64,000 nt of DNA from Patellaria atrata CBS 101060. Its lineage: Eukaryota. The stretch is taken from contig MU006096.1 in the NCBI GenBank assembly GCA_010093705.1, positions 580,004 through 644,003 on the forward strand. The letters run 5' to 3'. Numbering within the stretch: position 1 is the stretch's first letter; every line of letters starts with the position of its first letter. Made by a program: the position numbers and the translations under genes. The notes beneath the pieces were generated by a model. It had not been told where the DNA came from. It ran no database searches and worked only from the letters and a program-made list of their open reading frames with translations. Positions 62,568-64,000 of this stretch are shown in pieces.

Positions 62568-64000
62568 ATGCAACCAGAGCTTCCTGACGTTACCCCAAAA
62601 GCTCCATCAGAACCTGCCCAACAAGAACTTTCAGAACCATCTTCCCAGCATGGACTGCACTACAATCATGATCGCCCGCTCCACCTCCGGCACGAGGAGG
62701 TCGAGCGGAGCGGACCCTCATCGCTATTGTGGGAGGAGGATATGTCAAAGTACTCGTCACCAGAACGTGACGAATCGGACGCGCCGTCTTTTGAGCGATT
62801 GAGCAAATCTTTAACGCCTCCGGGCCACCGCATCGCAGAATATGAGAGCTCAAAGACTCCTACGCGAGAATTGGACTTTGAAGAAGTAGATTTTCGTGTT
62901 GCTAGGAACTCACGCCAACCTGAAGACGGAAGGTCTGCGATATCTTTTCTGCCCAACGGTAAGTGAACGATAACCATTTGGTTTTATGTAACAGTTGTAG
63001 TGCTAATTGGAATTACTCTCTAGAGATATTGACCCATGTATTATCACATCTATCTCCTACTGATCTCTCTGCAGTCAGTCTGGTTTCCCAACGATTTCAT
63101 AACCTTGTAACGACACCACATGCGTGGCGAGTTGCTTTCGCTCGATACTTCCAAGGACAGAATGCGATTGCGGCAGCTACAGGTTTTTTTGAGTCTAATA
63201 ACGGACGCGAAGATCTACGTTCAGATAAACGATATTTCACGAGGCTTACCGCACTTGCATCTTGGAGAAGCGAGTATATTCTTCGAACTCGCTTGCTAAG
63301 ATCACTTACAAGAGGTAAACCGACCCAAGCGCTAGGCTCACCGAACAATAGTCGCTCTGGCCTAGGTCAAAATGCTAACGCTATTGTCATGTATAACTCC
63401 AATCTTTTGGCGTTGGTGAACCATATGCATGCCGCATTTGGCGATGGTCTCAACAAACGCTTTCCGCGCTTCTTACATGGCGCTGATGAGTTTGGAATTG
63501 CATCCATGAGCGAAGCGAACATCGGCAAAGTACAGAGTTGGGGTTTATCGGACCAACCAACGTTCCTTCAGTTTTCAGAGTTGTTCCCTGGGGATGCACA
63601 ATGGGGCCTCGGTGCAGGGGATATTGTAGGTTGCCCCAATGTGATGGACGTTAGCCAACCTTGTGGAATGATCTACGGGGAAGGACACCCAGGAGGAGCA
63701 CTTTATTTCCGTTCGATTGATGAAATGCGTGGCAACCGCATCAACGTCCCGGTGGAGCTCTCCATTCTGGATCTTGGTATTCCTAATGTCGCTACCAATG
63801 ATGAATCAATCTGCTCCGTCTGGATAGCGAAGTCTCGATCCATCCCAACTCTATCCGAGGGCCTCGTGGGTATTCTCTCTGGGTCCTCCTCAGGAATTGT
63901 CTCTTCGTTCAGTCTTGGGACTGATGGTCTTCGTGATCAACGCATCACGCGTGGGGAATTGACCGCCAAGTGGGTTCTGAGTCCCGGCGTTCCAGTCATA
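62568..64000 (+). CDS. F-box protein (Pof10-like F-box/WD family), 3' end beyond the window
   Basis: 'LPN|EILTHVLSHLSPTDLSAVSLVSQRFHNLVTTPHAWRVAFARYF' across intron 62959-63023, then 'RYFTRLTALASWRSEYILRTRLLRSL.RGKP'. Frame open to the window end. Confidence 0.85.

Noticed and set aside
1..64000. tRNA/rRNA genes, intact transposons, secondary-metabolite cluster
   Set aside because: I recognised no cloverleaf, rRNA, transposase/RT or PKS/NRPS signatures by eye. A tRNAscan/Rfam run would be needed to exclude small RNAs.

Overview
Eukaryotic genomic DNA from a filamentous ascomycete (Pezizomycotina). The evidence is short GT-AG spliceosomal introns with CTAAC-type branch points and recognisable XlnR, NirA and Dicer-like 1 orthologues. 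It is a draft scaffold with two N gaps (28515-28614 and 47290-48074). Genes in order: TAP42-like (partial, -), dcl1 (+), KRE2/GT15 mannosyltransferase (-), PAT1 (+), a decayed secreted TAP-like alpha/beta-hydrolase (+), a longin R-SNARE (+), two orphan secreted Cys/Thr-rich proteins sharing a Cys motif and first-intron position (-), mitochondrial S12 (-), a HAD phosphatase with a 14-nt micro-exon (-), SHE9/MDM33 (+), a PTH11/rhodopsin-like membrane protein (+), a gap-broken orphan ORF (-), an aldehyde dehydrogenase (-), xlnR (+), nirA (-), an SNF2-RING helicase (-), a VCX1/CAX exchanger (-) and an F-box protein (partial, +). Long gene-poor stretches around xlnR hold probable gene relics and minisatellites. 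The best candidates for something undescribed are: (i) a ~180-nt GC-rich structured element between dcl1 and KRE2, with Pol III-like boxes, two overlapping stems and a T8 run; (ii) the pair of secreted Cys-rich paralogues; (iii) substitutions in the XlnR regulatory C-terminus; (iv) a recurrent intergenic GTACAGTA motif. Gene names come from recognised motifs and remembered homologue sequences, not from database searches.
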